Origin: Octopus vulgaris
Lineage: Eukaryota
DNA length: 64,000 nucleotides
Assembly: GCA_951406725.2 (NCBI GenBank)
Contig: OX597822.1
Location: forward strand, 96,906,001 to 96,970,000
Reading direction: 5' to 3'
The notes under the pieces are model-generated. The model was not told where the DNA came from. It searched no databases and worked only from the letters and a program-made list of their open reading frames with translations. Both the position numbers and the translations under genes were made by a program. This document shows, in pieces, positions 1 through 13,222 of this stretch. Numbering within the stretch: position 1 is the first letter of the stretch; each line of letters begins with the position of its first letter.

Positions 1-229
1 TGTTTCTTTATTGCCCACAAGGGGCTAAACATAGAGGGGACAAACAAGGACAGACAAACGGATTAAGTCGATTACATCGACCCCAGTGCGTAACTGGTAC
101 TTAATTTATCGATCCTGAAAGGATGAAAGGCAAAGTCGACCTCAGCGGAATTTGAACTCAGAACGCAACGACAGACGCAATACCGCTAAGCATTTCGCCC
201 GGTGTGCTAACGTTTCTGCCAGCTCGCCG
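1..229 (-). mobile_element. tRNA-derived SINE family 1 (Meta/MESC-like central domain)
   Basis: Reverse complement of the ggcgagctggcagaaacgttagc...gcctttcatcctttcggggtcgataaattaagtaccag...aataaagaaa element present in many copies here. The domain name is from recall. Confidence 0.85.
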
Positions 230-289
230 CATATAGTGATGTTATATCATCTAAGCTTATCCACCTGGCTGGCAGCATACTATGTTTTT

Positions 290-400
290 CATAGGATCCA
301 CCCTCACTTTCAATTATGTTTCCTAAGTAACAGCAGCTATCAATTACTTCTAGCTCGTTAGCATAAACCATCTTAATTCTAACCCACCTAAAATCACCCT
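290..400 (-). mobile_element. degenerate RTE-type LINE reverse transcriptase fragment
   Basis: Translation ELEVIDSCCYLGNIIESEGG resembles the RTE LEVVDxFxYLG motif. Confidence 0.5.
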
Positions 401-817
401 TGATTCTATGATACAACCTTCCTGTTTTGAAGTGATTTAAATTAAAACTTTCCATCAAAATTTCATGTTAAATTGTATTCCAAACACCAGCTGAATAATT
501 GACAATGTTATTTTAATGAATTCTTCGTAATTATCAAAGCTAATTAAAAGGAAGAGAGTGTGATTTAGCAGAAATATGGTAAAAGGGTTAACTGGCCATT
601 TCCAGCTAAATTCACTTCAACCGTTTAACATTCAGATTATTTTTTCAGAATGTAATTCTTTTTTATTCACATTGCATTGAATTAATCACGACTCATGCTG
701 CAGCATCAAAATTTTGATGATGCGATTCTTTAATTTTAGAGTGACATTGTAGGGTAGGTGTGAGAAGCAAGCTCTGGCCATTTTGAACAGATGTGGTTGA
801 ATATTTGCGCTGGATAT

Positions 818-1159
818 TTACGTTCTGAGTTCAAATTCCGCCGAGGTCGACTTTACCTTTCATCCTTTCGGGGTCGATTAAATAAGTACCAGTTACGCAC
901 TGGGGTCGATGGAATCGACTTAATCTGTTTGTCTGTCCTTGTTTGTCCCCTCTGTCTTTAGCCCCTTGTGGGCAATAAAGAAATAGGTATTTCGTCTGCC
1001 GTTACGTTCTGAGTTCAAAATCCGCCAAGGTCGACTTTACCTTTCATCCTTTCGGGGTCAATTAAATAAGTACCAGTTACGCACTGGGGTCCATGGAATC
1101 GACTTAATCTGTTTTTCTGTCCTTGTTTAGCCCCTTGTGGGTAGTAAAGAAATAGGTAT
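818..1159 (+). mobile_element. SINE family 1, head-to-tail dimer, 5' truncated
   Basis: Two units joined at aaataggtat|ttcgtctgcc. Confidence 0.85.
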
Positions 1160-1753
1160 AGTAGCTTATTCCTGGTTTGATACGTTGCTTTTTTTCTTTT
1201 TTTTCTGCAGTTGCCTCACTAGGAAGATGGCATCAGATGAACTTCTTGGCACAAGGCCAAACTGCATTGCATCTATGTTAATTCTCTTCCTAATCAATTG
1301 TGCTAAAACTGTTTCTATAACCAGCATATACGTTGATGATTTAGTGTTTGTGCATATGAGACGTAAAAGTGTAATGTGTGTGTCTGTGTGTGAGTTTGGA
1401 CAGGGGTTATTAGAAGTGTTCAGGTATATGTGTAGACTTCTTTATTGCGTGTGACATAAGGGTTGACATATATGTCTTTATGTATGTGGTGTTTCAGTTG
1501 GTGTGTGGTGGTGGTGGTGGTGGCTGCGTTGTTGGAAGAGGTGTTAGAGTGGTGATGGTGGGGGGTGGCAGTTAAAGAGGGTGTAGGTTCGGAGACAAAA
1601 TAATAAATTCATGTTAATGGCTTGTGTGTGTGTGTGTGTGCATGCATGTGTGTGAAGCTGTGTGCGTGGTCTTGTGGTTAGAGTGTTAAGCTCACAACCA
1701 TGGTTACAAGTTCAAACGAAACATACACTGCCAATAGTTGTTGTTGACAAACA

Positions 1754-1975
1754 ACGGCAGTAATTTTATTCAGCTGAATACACGTCATTGATTGGTTGAA
1801 ATTACCAAAATACGAGAACTTTACCGTGAAATTACTTCATAAATATAAGTTTTTCTCAAAAATGCTAAGAGTAAAAAATGTTTTATATGACACATTCTAC
1901 CAGTGTCTGAAGTTTGAAAGTGTTTAGTTACAAAAAATTACTTTTTAAATCTGTCGGTCAACAGGTAAAGATCCC
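1754..1975 (-). mobile_element. unclassified interspersed repeat related to 56924-57251
   Basis: Shares the terminal gggatctt and actgcc ends and the internal aatttcaaccaatcaatgacgt with the 56.9-kb copy, in opposite orientation. Confidence 0.5.
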
Positions 1976-3395
1976 AACACTGGAACATTCCCAATGTTTC
2001 TGATTTAAAAAAAAAAAGAACAAAAAAGACGCATTCAAAATCACTTGTTAATTCTGAATCAAACATTTGATTACTATTTTATTATTTTCAAATTTCCCTC
2101 TCATCACCTCACTTCCCCATCAAAGTTAAAACTCATTCATGGAATTAGTCTCCTGGTGTCAGAGAATGATACTAAAATTCATGTTGTGAGGTGTACACAT
2201 ATTGTTGATGATTTTTTGTAAAAGAAAGAATGAAATAAAAGCTTATTCTTTCTCAATAAAATCTCTTCCTCTTCTTTTAAATATTCTAAGTGAATGGTTA
2301 ATTACTCTCAAACCAGTCATGCTGATATTCAACAGTGTTTTTCTATGGCAACCTGGCTTTCCTTCTTAGAAAACTCATGTATAAGATAAACAGCTGTATG
2401 TATATATATATGTATATATATATTCACACACATACAGTTATCAGATGCTTATCTCAAACATGAGCTTATTTTCTTTGAGATATTTTATCTGTTTATCTCT
2501 TAAGCCTTTGGTTACCATATTTCTGCTGAAGAAACGCTCTTTCTTTCCTTTAATCTTGAAAGTAATGAAGAATTTAGTAAAATAACTGTTGTTATTAAGT
2601 TAGTGTTTGAAATATAAATTAATATGAAATTTTGATGAAAATTCTAAATCTAAGTCACATTTAAACAGGAAGTTTACACCATACAACCAAGGATATATAT
2701 ATATATATATATATATGTTAGTATCAGATAGGGAGAATGAGTACTTGACACTGCATTGGTAGATAAATATTCTTTTGTGGGTTAATGAAGCAACCAGTGG
2801 TTTCATGTATAAGAGATCTCCGCAATTGTTCAGAAGATAGCAAACAAAGGGCACCACTTGGTTGACGTTGGCACTTGTTTATAACTATCACATTGTGTTA
2901 AAGCAAAGAGACAGTAACACACATATATATTATATTATTATGAAATTCACTACACTGGTAACTTTATTGTATTTTAATGTTACTGTGTAATGATTTTCAA
3001 TAAATCTGAAGAATTGGTGCATTCTTTCTCTGCATCTTTAATGAAAGAATCACCATACTTTTTTAAAGTTTTTTTTTTGTATCTCTTTCTTCCATTTAGC
3101 AGGCTTTCAACGAAACATGTGCAATGATGTTTTCTATTAATTTAACGCAAACCACAGGAAACTAAGCCAATGAGAATTGTTTTTGTTTCTTGTACTTTAA
3201 TTTCTTCTTTGACAGACACTCAAACACACACACACACACATAAACACACACGTAAACACATAAACACACACACACACACACGCACACATGCTGATGTATA
3301 AACATGTACGCACATACACAACGATGCAAATATACAGACGCATACACATGCAGGCATATAAACACAAACACACGCAGGCATATTTATCACATTCA

Positions 3396-3428
<33 letters not shown>

Positions 3429-3918
3429 CATCATCGTTTAACGTCCGTTTTCCATAATGATGATGATGATGATGTGTGTGTGTGAGTGCATGTGATAAAT
3501 ATGCAAATACATAAACACCCACGAACGCATACATAGATACACATAATATTTCACAATATTTCAATGTTAATTCAACATTAATTTTTACATTGTTTTTAAT
3601 TAGGCTAATTGGATTTCATGAGTTCAAAATATTTTCCAATATTCTTAAGTGGCAGTAAACAGGAATTTCACAACAGAATGGTGACACTATGTGGAACCTA
3701 AAGTTGAGTCAAAAATCTGAGACTGGTTAGCTTGAAAATATTCTCATTTCACTGAGAACTCAAAATGTTTTTCTGAGATTCATTGTACAACGTGAAATCA
3801 ATCTTAGAATTGTTCCTTTTATTTTGTTTTAATCTTTGGATTACAGCCTTGCCAGGGCATCACTTTGAGGGGTCAAACAAATTGATTGCAGTATTTATAT
3901 ATTTTTTTAAAGTCTTAA

Positions 3919-4139
3919 CCCTTTAGCATTTAAACCAGCCATATCCGGCCAAAAGTATTCTGCTTGTTCTATGTTCAAACTGGCCAGATCTGGTCTCTCA
4001 CACCAACCCTACAATATCGTTTTAAAAATGAACAGCTACCTCATCAAAATCTCATAGCTACAAGATGATGCATGATTAGTTCAAAACAATGTGGATGAAA
4101 AAGCATTAATTTTGGTAGAATAATGCGAACACTAAAGGG
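3919..4139. mobile_element. piggyBac-type MITE family A (221 bp)
   Basis: TTAA|CCCTTTAG...CTAAAGGG|TTAA: terminal inverted repeats with TTAA target duplication; second copy at 63374-63594. Confidence 0.85.
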
Positions 4140-4464
4140 TTAAGATACTTATTCTAGCAGTCTCTTTTGCCATCCTGCTATGTTATGGGGATGTAAACAA
4201 ACTAACATCAACTGACAAATGCTGGGAGGGGACAAACACAGACACCCCCACCCAGCAGAATTTGGAAAGATAGTGACAATGAGTGAACCATGCTGACTTG
4301 TACACAAGAAAATACAGTACACACACACACATCCACATAGTTTCTACCTACCAAATTTATTCATAAGGCATTGGTCAGCCTGGGGCTATAGTGGAGGACA
4401 TGTTCCCAAAGTGCCATGCAATGGGTCTGAATCTGAAACTACATGCCTGCATGATAAGTATTAA

Positions 4465-4686
4465 CCCTTTTGTTACTGTATTTATTTTGAGATGTTCTGT
4501 ATTTCTCTCAATTATTTTGGATATAACAAAGAATTTTGTAAAAAAAACTTAGTTATCATTCAGCTAGTGTTAGGAACATCAATTGTGACTAAGGTTTGGT
4601 GGAAGATTTTATTTAAAAACTTATGAAAGCAAGACATTTGCACTACATAGCCAGAGCCGGTTTCAGTCGGGTTGGTAACGAAAGGG
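4465..4686. mobile_element. piggyBac-type MITE family B (222 bp)
   Basis: TTAA|CCCTTTTGTTAC...GTAACGAAAGGG|TTAA; further copies at 6171 and 63318. Confidence 0.85.
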
Positions 4687-6170
4687 TTAATGTGTATATT
4701 TAATTTCAAATGTTAGGGTGTGACTTAAAGTAGGTTTTACTAATAATTCTTTAATTAAGACCGATTTAACCACTAATCTTTTATTTAAGACATTAGGATC
4801 TTTTGAGACCACCTTTGGTTCTATGATATAAACCTCGTGGCTTAACCCTTTAGTGTTCAGATTACTATGTCAAATGTAATGCTTATTCATTCACTTTGTC
4901 TTGAAATGATTATGTACCGTCTCATAGCTTACAGATTGCAATGATGTGAGAGACCAGATCTGACAAGTTTAAAGATAAAACGGGTAGAATATTTTGACTG
5001 GATATGGCCAGTTTAAATGCTTAAGGATTAAAGCCATCTAAATTAAAATTTGCCATCCAAATTCCATGTTAATTTATGATTCAAATACCATTACCAGCTT
5101 TAACAATGGCAAAGTTATTTTACTAAATTCTTTATTATTTTCGAAAGTAATTGGAAAGAAAAGCAATGGATTTCAACAGAAATATGGCAACAAAACAGTC
5201 AAAGTAGATTTTGGCTGCTAATTCTTGAAGGTCAAGCCACTGAGTAGAGAATCCCTCATTGGCTTAGAAAGAAATGGTTGCAATCTGAAACAGAAATTTA
5301 GTCTCAGAATTCTCAATTTTCCTCTCCAAAAAGAAATATGTATTCTATTCTGTGTGATTTTCCTCCCACCTAAAACGGTGTTCAAGTGGAGATTTGACAG
5401 AATCTGCCAGCAGCATCAGCACCGCTGCCACTGACTATTCTCTTACATAAAAACCAGCTGTGCCATTACTGTCTTTTGCCATATCTTCCAATTATCTTCA
5501 TTTTGTTGATATTTGCCATTGTTTGGCAAATGCTGCTAAGCTGAACTGAAATAATAAAGAAACTGAAAACCAGAAAACTCTCCAGAAATGAAATCCAAGC
5601 ATATATATTGTTCAACAGCCAATTTACCATTCTGCAGCTAAATTGCCTCTTTTTTCCTGTTACCACAGAAACAGTTTCAGTGGAGAGTTCTTCTTCACAG
5701 CCAGTCAGTCAACCCACATCACTAACAAATAATACTCTTACAGTCATTATTATCTTGCAGACCGTTGCCCCTTCATCAAAAATTACTAATTTTTAGTGGG
5801 AAGGGGGAGATGCTCTTGAACATTCCTTTTGTTTAAGGATGGCAGGGTGGGGAGAGGACGATACCTAATTAATAATAATAATAATGATAATAACACTGGT
5901 TTAAAATTTTGGCTTCAGGCCAGCAATTTCAGGGAAGAGGTGGTATGTCAATTATATCAACCCTAGCTTTCAACTGGTACTCATTTCATCAACTCCGAAA
6001 GAATGAAAAGCAAAGTCGACTTTGGTAGGATTTAAACTCAGAACATAAAACTGGAAAAAAATGCCAATAAGCATTTTGTTCAGCATGTTAATGACTATAC
6101 CAGCTTGCCACCATAGTAATAATAGTAATGATGAAGGCTGGAGGGTATATCAGCCAAAACATTGTGTTAA

Positions 6171-6390
6171 CCCTTTTGTTACTGTATTTATTTTGAGATG
6201 CTCTGTGTTTCTTTCAATTACTTTGTATATAACAAAGAATTTAATAAAATAACTTAGTTATCATTCAACTAGTATTAGGAACATAGATTGTGACTAAGGT
6301 TTGGTGGAAGATTTTAATTCAAAACTTATGAAAACAAGATATTTGTACTCAGAGCCAGAGCCGGTTTCAGCCGGGTTGGTAACAAAAGGG
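6171..6390. mobile_element. piggyBac-type MITE family B
   Basis: TTAA|CCCTTTTGTTAC...GTAACAAAAGGG|TTAA, with a perfect 12-bp TIR. Confidence 0.88.
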
Positions 6391-6496
6391 TTAACAACAA
6401 ACAAGATGAGGACAAATATCTGTCAAATGTAAATAATGTAAATAAAGTCACTGATCTTGAAAAAGGTGGAAACAATAATGGAAGCAATAATAATAA

Positions 6497-6714
6497 TCCT
6501 TTCTATTATAGGTACAAGGCCTGAAATTTTCAGGGTGGGGGGGGTAAGTCAATTACATCAATCACAGTGTACAACTGGTACTTTATCGACCGACTCCGAA
6601 AGGATGAAAAGCAAAGTCGACCTCTGTGCAATTTGAAGTCAGAACATAGCAACAGACGAAAATACCTCCAAGCATTTCGCCCAGCGTGCTAACGATTCTG
6701 CCAGCTTGCCGTCT
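6497..6714 (-). mobile_element. SINE family 1-related copy
   Basis: Reverse-complement match to the family head and core. Confidence 0.75.
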
Positions 6715-8821
6715 TAATATTAACAATCCAACAATAGAATAGAATAGATATTGATGGGTTTTTTGTTTTGTTTTGTATTGTTTTTTTTTTGTCTTTTTTT
6801 TAAAGAGAGAATCAATACTTTCTCTCTTTCTCGGTTTCAGTTACTGTCTGATGATTTGGAATTATATGTTCCAATTGATTGAACATTCTCATAGATTAAG
6901 ATATGATTGATTTCACAGATTATTGCAGGATTTTCGGTAATATAAGATAACTAACTAAAATATCCAATCATAGCCTGAGGAACATCTCAGATTATCCACT
7001 CCATTTCTTAGAGCTTTGTTTTCGCTTTTTGGCTTTTTCTTAGTCGTTCCTGAGTATTTTTAGTATTTCTGACTGATTGATTTTTGCCATCTCACTACAT
7101 TCCCGAAATAAATCCATTTAATTAGTGCCAGCAGGATGTTATTATTTAGAATATCATACAGCATGATGATTAGCAAACGGTTCATTATGTGGAAGTGTGA
7201 TTAATTTAACACACACATACATACATGCAGAAATACTCATACACGTTCATGTACAGACACATGTTTTAAGCATCCTTTGTCTTAAGGAAATAAAGGAGTC
7301 TCTACATAGTTGTTTGTCCTGCTACAAATAGCAACCAAATCTCCTTCAAACTACACAATTCTACATCTACAGGATGCATTTCTTGGGACAAATCTTTGGT
7401 CTTGTCCTGTGCAATCACTGGATGTTTCAGGTCTTATAAAACACAACACCCTTAAACATGTGACACAGCCTTGGTTGATCAAGCATTGACCAATGTCCAA
7501 CTGACATTCTACTGATCCCACTGGTCACTTCTAGTTCCTTCTTTAGCAGCCTTTGCATTGTACTGAATAGCTTTTCTTCTCATTCCTGCAGTGCCCAGGT
7601 TTTCATGGACCTTACTAAGGGCACAACCAGTGAATCCTCATTTATCCACCTTCACTAGCAAGCACCTGGTCCTCCACCAACTTCTGGTGCTTTGCTTTCT
7701 TCCTCTCTTGTATACCCCCTCCCCCCATCTTCTTCACCCAAGGTACGATAAGGTGAGCTGTCTTGTTGCCTTAAAACCAAAATAAAGTCTGGTATTTTAG
7801 AGCATTGGTGTATCTCTCTTTACTTTCTTTTACTTGTTTCAGTCATTTGACTGTGGCCATGCTGGAGCACCGCCTTTAGTCGAGCAAATCAACCCCGGCA
7901 TTTATTCTTTGTAAGCCCAGTACTTATTCTATCGGTTGCTTTTGCCGAACCGCTAAGTGACAGGGACGTAAACACACCATCATCAGTTGTCAAGCAATGC
8001 TAGGGGGACAAATGCGCATGCTGAAAGTAGAAATGTTGACCCTATTCACCAATACCCAGACAGACGTTTTGAATAGGCACCACATTTTTTGGTTTTGTTT
8101 TTTGTCCCCTTCTTCTCCGTCAGAAATTTCTTTACATTCCTACGTTTTCAATAGTAAAGACTACTATTTTGCTCCCTACCTCCATATTATTAAAACTTTC
8201 AATTTAAAAAAAAAAAAAAAGCCTTTGTGAGGCTTGGAAGAATTCCACGTTTAGAAATATGGAGATGAGATTACGATTCTGTAAAGTAAATTTGCTAAAA
8301 AGTTTAATTTTTGAATGCCTATTGGTTACAATAAATTGCTATTTCCTCTTTTATTGCTGTCCCCAATTTGTCTTCCTCATCACTTTCTGAAAAATACATT
8401 AAAAAAATTAATTTTAACAGAAATATGTTTTTTAGTGTTGATTACATAATATTTATATTTCAAACATAAAAATTAGGGTTGGGGGTGAATGAAAATTGCT
8501 GCTGTTACGGAAATCAGTGGTCATAAAATGTAGGCGGGGTACAGAAAGATTCTTCAAAATTATCATTTTTACTTTACTTTTTTTTTTTCTCTGCATATTC
8601 TTAATCCACATCCTTGAAAATATATATATGCACACACATACACACACACATATATTTGTACACGTATGACTAGGTTAGCAAAGGATGGGGCCATTCTCAT
8701 ATCCACCTCAGACCCCGATTTTTGTCAATAGTATATATATATATGCGCACACATACACACACATATATTTGTACACGTATGCATACATACAAAGTGAATG
8801 GGAGAAGGTGTAAGAGACTGC

Positions 8822-8855
<34 letters not shown>

Positions 8856-9152
8856 AAGGAAACGTGTGTATATGTACAGTTTTAAATGATTTAAAAGAAG
8901 AACACACACACACACACACACGTATTTCCTTGTTTTCTTTCCTCCCACCATCACTCACCTATTCTCCAGTCTGAACTCCTCTTTCACTCATCTTCGCAGG
9001 TGATATCATTCCTTGTAAAAGTACTTTTACTTTAAATGCGACATTAAACAAATTTATGTGATCGCTATATTCTAGCACAAGACAATTCAAGATGCAATGA
9101 GCTCCGATTGTCTGAATATTGACATTTTAAAGTCATTCAGTTAAAATTTATC

Positions 9153-9558
9153 GGGCAGGAGTGGCCGTGTGGTAAGTAGCTTGCTTACCAACCACACGGT
9201 TCCAGGTTCAGTCCCACTGCGTGGCATCTTGGGCAAGTGTCTGCTGCTATAGCCTCAGGCCGACCAATGCCTTGTGAGTGGATTTGGTAGACGGAAACTG
9301 AAAGAAGCCTGTCGTATATATGTATATGTGTGTGTGTGTGTGTGTTTGTGTGTCTGTGTTTGTCTCCCCTAGCATTGCTTGACAACCGATGCTGGTGTGT
9401 TTACGTCCCCATCACTTAGCGGTTCGGCAAAAGAGACCGATAGAATAAGTACTGGGCTTACAAAAGAATAAGTCCCGGGGTCGATTTGCTCGACTAAAGG
9501 CGGTGCCCCAGCATGGCCGCAGTCAAATGACTGAAACAAGTAAGAGAGTAAGAGAGTA
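9153..9558 (+). mobile_element. tRNA-derived CORE-type SINE family 2, full length
   Basis: tRNA-like A/B-box head, CORE-like tggcatcttgggcaagtgtc, internal (TG)n, short repeated taagagag tail. Near-identical copies at 21490, 33788, 35488 and 50486. Confidence 0.88.
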
Positions 9559-10049
9559 TACTCCAACTTTCCATATTCAGTTCTAAAATTTATCTCTACC
9601 TCATGGAAAAACAGTTTGTGTGTGTGTGTGTGTGTGTTATTTGAAGATTTCTTTTATATATAATTATGAAATATAAAGATGATTAAAACAGTGAGTCTGG
9701 CTCTGAAGTTTCACCGGTAGTTGCAATTTAACAACTCGACTGCTGTCAGTACTTCGAAGTTACTTTCAATAAAATTAAATACATAGTCATTCATTCAAGT
9801 TGAGAGAGAACCCAGTTGTGTTACTACATAATATAAACAGATGAGACTGCAAAGACTGACATGTACAAGTTTGATCCCTTCGTCAGTTGTCAATTGGAAA
9901 CCATAATAATTTTGGCACCTAATGTATAGGATTTGAATGGGAGTGTGGAAAAACATATAGGAACTTCAAAACTAGCTTTAGGTAGTTGGAAAATGAAAAC
10001 TAACGACGCTATTGTTCACAAATGCATGACATAATAATTCTAAATTTTT

Positions 10050-10256
10050 GTATAAGGCTAGCATAATTTGACTGGTGGAAAGAGGGACTAGTCGATTACA
10101 TTGACACCAGTACATGATGAGTACTTGTTTTATCGACCCTGAAAGGATGAAAGTAAAAGTCAGCCTCGGCAGAGATCTGAACTCAAAGAGTAAAGTCACT
10201 AGAAATGCCGCTAAGAATCTTGTCCAGAATGGTAACGATTCTGCCAGCTCACTGCC

Positions 10257-10297
<41 letters not shown>

Positions 10298-10404
10298 TAA
10301 CAACAACAACAACAACAACGTGAACTTCCAACCTGTTGTCTCTTGAGGTCTCTGGGTGAGACTTGGAGCCAACTTGTACAAATATAAAGCAAAAGTCAAA
10401 CATA

Positions 10405-10449
<45 letters not shown>

Positions 10450-10606
10450 TCTTTTCTACTATAGGCACAAGACTTGAAATTTGGGGGAGGGGAATAGTCG
10501 ATTACATCGACCCCAGTACTCAACTGGTACTTAATTTATCGACCCCGAAAGGATGAAAGGCAAAGTCTACACCCCGGCGGAATATGAACTCAGAGCGACG
10601 GGCGAA
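10050..10606 (-). mobile_element. two SINE family 1-related copies with (AAT)n tracts
   Basis: Core ttatcgaccc(t/c)gaaaggatgaaag present twice. Confidence 0.7.
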
Positions 10607-10619
10607 TAATAATAATAAT

Positions 10620-11434
10620 AAACTGAGGGAAAGAGAAACCATCTTCGTTGATATTGTCACCTTTCGTTTTTATACGTTCGTCCACATCGCCACCAACCAC
10701 CACTAACTGTAAACTATGGCAATAAATAATTGGGGAAGTTACAACTAACTAAACCTCATCTCACGCAACATCATAACCTTTCCGTCCACCTGTCTCTCTC
10801 CTTAATCTGTTGCGTTGGTCCTTCTTTTAAAATAAGGTGTCCCCGCCTCCGCCCAGCCTTCTTTCTTATTTGCATTAGACTCCTCCTCTAATACACAGGC
10901 ATTCACCCCTCATACCTACTACACTCAGACTTCAACCATCACTACCTTCTATACTTACACTCAGGTTTCTACCTCTCCTCCCTTCATGTACCACCACGTC
11001 AGTATATTCACCTAACATATTCTTTCGCTCACTCACCCTCGTTCTTCTCAACTTAATCTGTCTGATCTCTGACAAAGTTTATACACACACACACTCTCTC
11101 TCTCTCACTCTCCTCTGGCACACCCCTGACTTCGCGCTTCTTATAAATTTCCCCTTACAGTATTCTCTCACCTACATGCGCGCGCCTACATCTATATACA
11201 TATACAGTTGCACATATACAAAAACACAAATGTACATACATACGAATGCTAATTAAAAAAACTCCGACCAAGCTACTTTACACAGTAGCATGTGTTACAG
11301 ATATTCATACATATTATAATCATCTATCTATCTATCTATTTCTCTATCTGTCTATCTATCTATCTATTTCTCTATCTATCTGTCTGTCTATCTATCTACC
11401 TCTCTATCTATTTATCTATCTATCTATCTACCTC

Positions 11435-11521
<87 letters not shown>

Positions 11522-11822
11522 CTATTTATCTATCTACATACATACATACATGCATGCACTTATATACATGCAGGTAGCTGTGTGTGTATGTGTGTAGGTA
11601 TGTTTTCACTCCCTCACATTCATCTTATATCTTGTATTGTTTTACCTCATGTCTACTATAACTAGCTGTTGTTCCATGTATAAATGTTTGGTCTCCTGTT
11701 GGTGTTGTGTGACCCTCTCTCCTGAAGTAAGTCTACCTCTCTCTCTTTCTCACCTCTCATTCACACACACTCTCTCTCTCTCTCTCTCGCACACACATTC
11801 ACACTGGATCTTTGTTCCCGCC

Positions 11823-11858
<36 letters not shown>

Positions 11859-12954
11859 CACGTTCTCGATCCGATTTTCCACGTCTGTTATCTGCATCCT
11901 GTCGATTACACCACAATTGCACGCCAACCACAACAACACAACCATCTCCCTAACGACAACACCCTAACATCAGAAACACCACCACCCCTAACATCGTTTC
12001 ATACCATCAACACCTCATCTCGCTGATAAATAATGCTAACAACAGCGTCAACACTCGGCACCACATTACCAACCTTTATGCTATCACAACCACCACCATT
12101 GCTAACATCATATATTCCTACTGCTTTATAAATATCACCTATTACCACCACCACCATCATCATCATCGCTATAATTGGCAACAGCCGTTCTATGAGATCG
12201 TCACTAGGATCGTTATTGTCGATGGGGTGGGATGATGTGTCGTGGTTGTCGCTCGTCTATTCGTTACCAACAACTCCACTTCTCTGTCGCTTTACATATG
12301 GCTGGAGAAGTGTACCGAATGTGATTAGGGGGCAAAATTATTGGGGACCCTCGATCGGAGATCTTCCTTTCTTAACGATGTTCGGATACACAGTGTGGGG
12401 AAAGCAGAAGAAAGGGGGGAAATAAAACAAGAAAATGAACGACATTTCTACGATCGGTTCGCGTTGACAAAACGTGTCATTTCCAAGTTTTGGGGACCTG
12501 GAGACCCTCATCGGTGTATTAGTACTGTAACCACTACCCTAGTCATCATCAACATCATCATCATCATCAACGACTTGAAAACATCAACATCTGTCCGCTT
12601 TAACCATTTCTGAAGTGTTACCATTTCTGAGATTCTTACCGGCCAACCACCGTCGTTTTGTCTGAAAAACATCAAAATATGGTACCGCAGTATCTCAATG
12701 ACCACTAGTTCACTCCTTATTACTGTACATTTATTTCTCTATGACACTATGCTGCACAACAGTGTAGTGTGCCCGGCTCTACTGTACTATAGCAGGCTCT
12801 GCTATTATTATACTATATCCTTGTGTTCTTTCATTGACGAGAAGCAGTCGCTTATTTTCACGACAATCAACCTGGTCGACAAACCGAAAAAACACATGGT
12901 AGCCCACGCGACTGCTGCCTCATATGATGCCAACCCCTATTGCCATTATTAATC

Positions 12955-12987
<33 letters not shown>

Positions 12988-13090
12988 GTATCTGTCTTTT
13001 TGTCTACCCACAAATCTAGATATCTAATTTAAATCTTACCGTGTCTGTGTGTGTATGTATGTATGTCGATTCTTCGGATTAGAACCGCTC
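10620..13090 (+). promoter_or_regulatory. CpG-enriched promoter and long 5' leader region of the MAST gene
   Basis: Visibly higher CpG content than flanking DNA and no interspersed SINEs. GC-box ccccgcctccgccc at 10841-10854 and TATAAA at 11142-11147. The transcription start is not determinable. Confidence 0.5.
11322..11550. repeat. (ATCT)n microsatellite
   Basis: Direct inspection. Confidence 0.95.
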
Positions 13091-13222
13091 ATGGCTGAGT
13101 TAAACGTCAAACAGGAGCCCGTTGTGGCTACTATTTACGAGGAGGAACTACCCGTCATCACAAGACGGCGTGGATGTACTCTTAGGGTACAAATTACCAC
13201 AGTGGTCGAACCCGATTTCGAA
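13091..13222 (+). CDS. MAST: MAST-family kinase, probable first coding exon (MAELNVKQEP...TVVEPDFE, 44 aa)
   Basis: ATG in good context (ctcATGG), 132 nt of non-repetitive coding-like sequence, donor GAA|gtaaga in phase 0 matching the phase-0 acceptor at 41390. It lies at the end of a CpG-rich region. Assignment to MAST rests on phase and position, not on homology of this peptide. Confidence 0.7.

Noticed and set aside
9000-9014. Acceptor tcatcttcgcag followed 15 nt later by gtaaaa
   Set aside because: The donor is weak and it lies upstream of the inferred first exon, with no partner exon identifiable.
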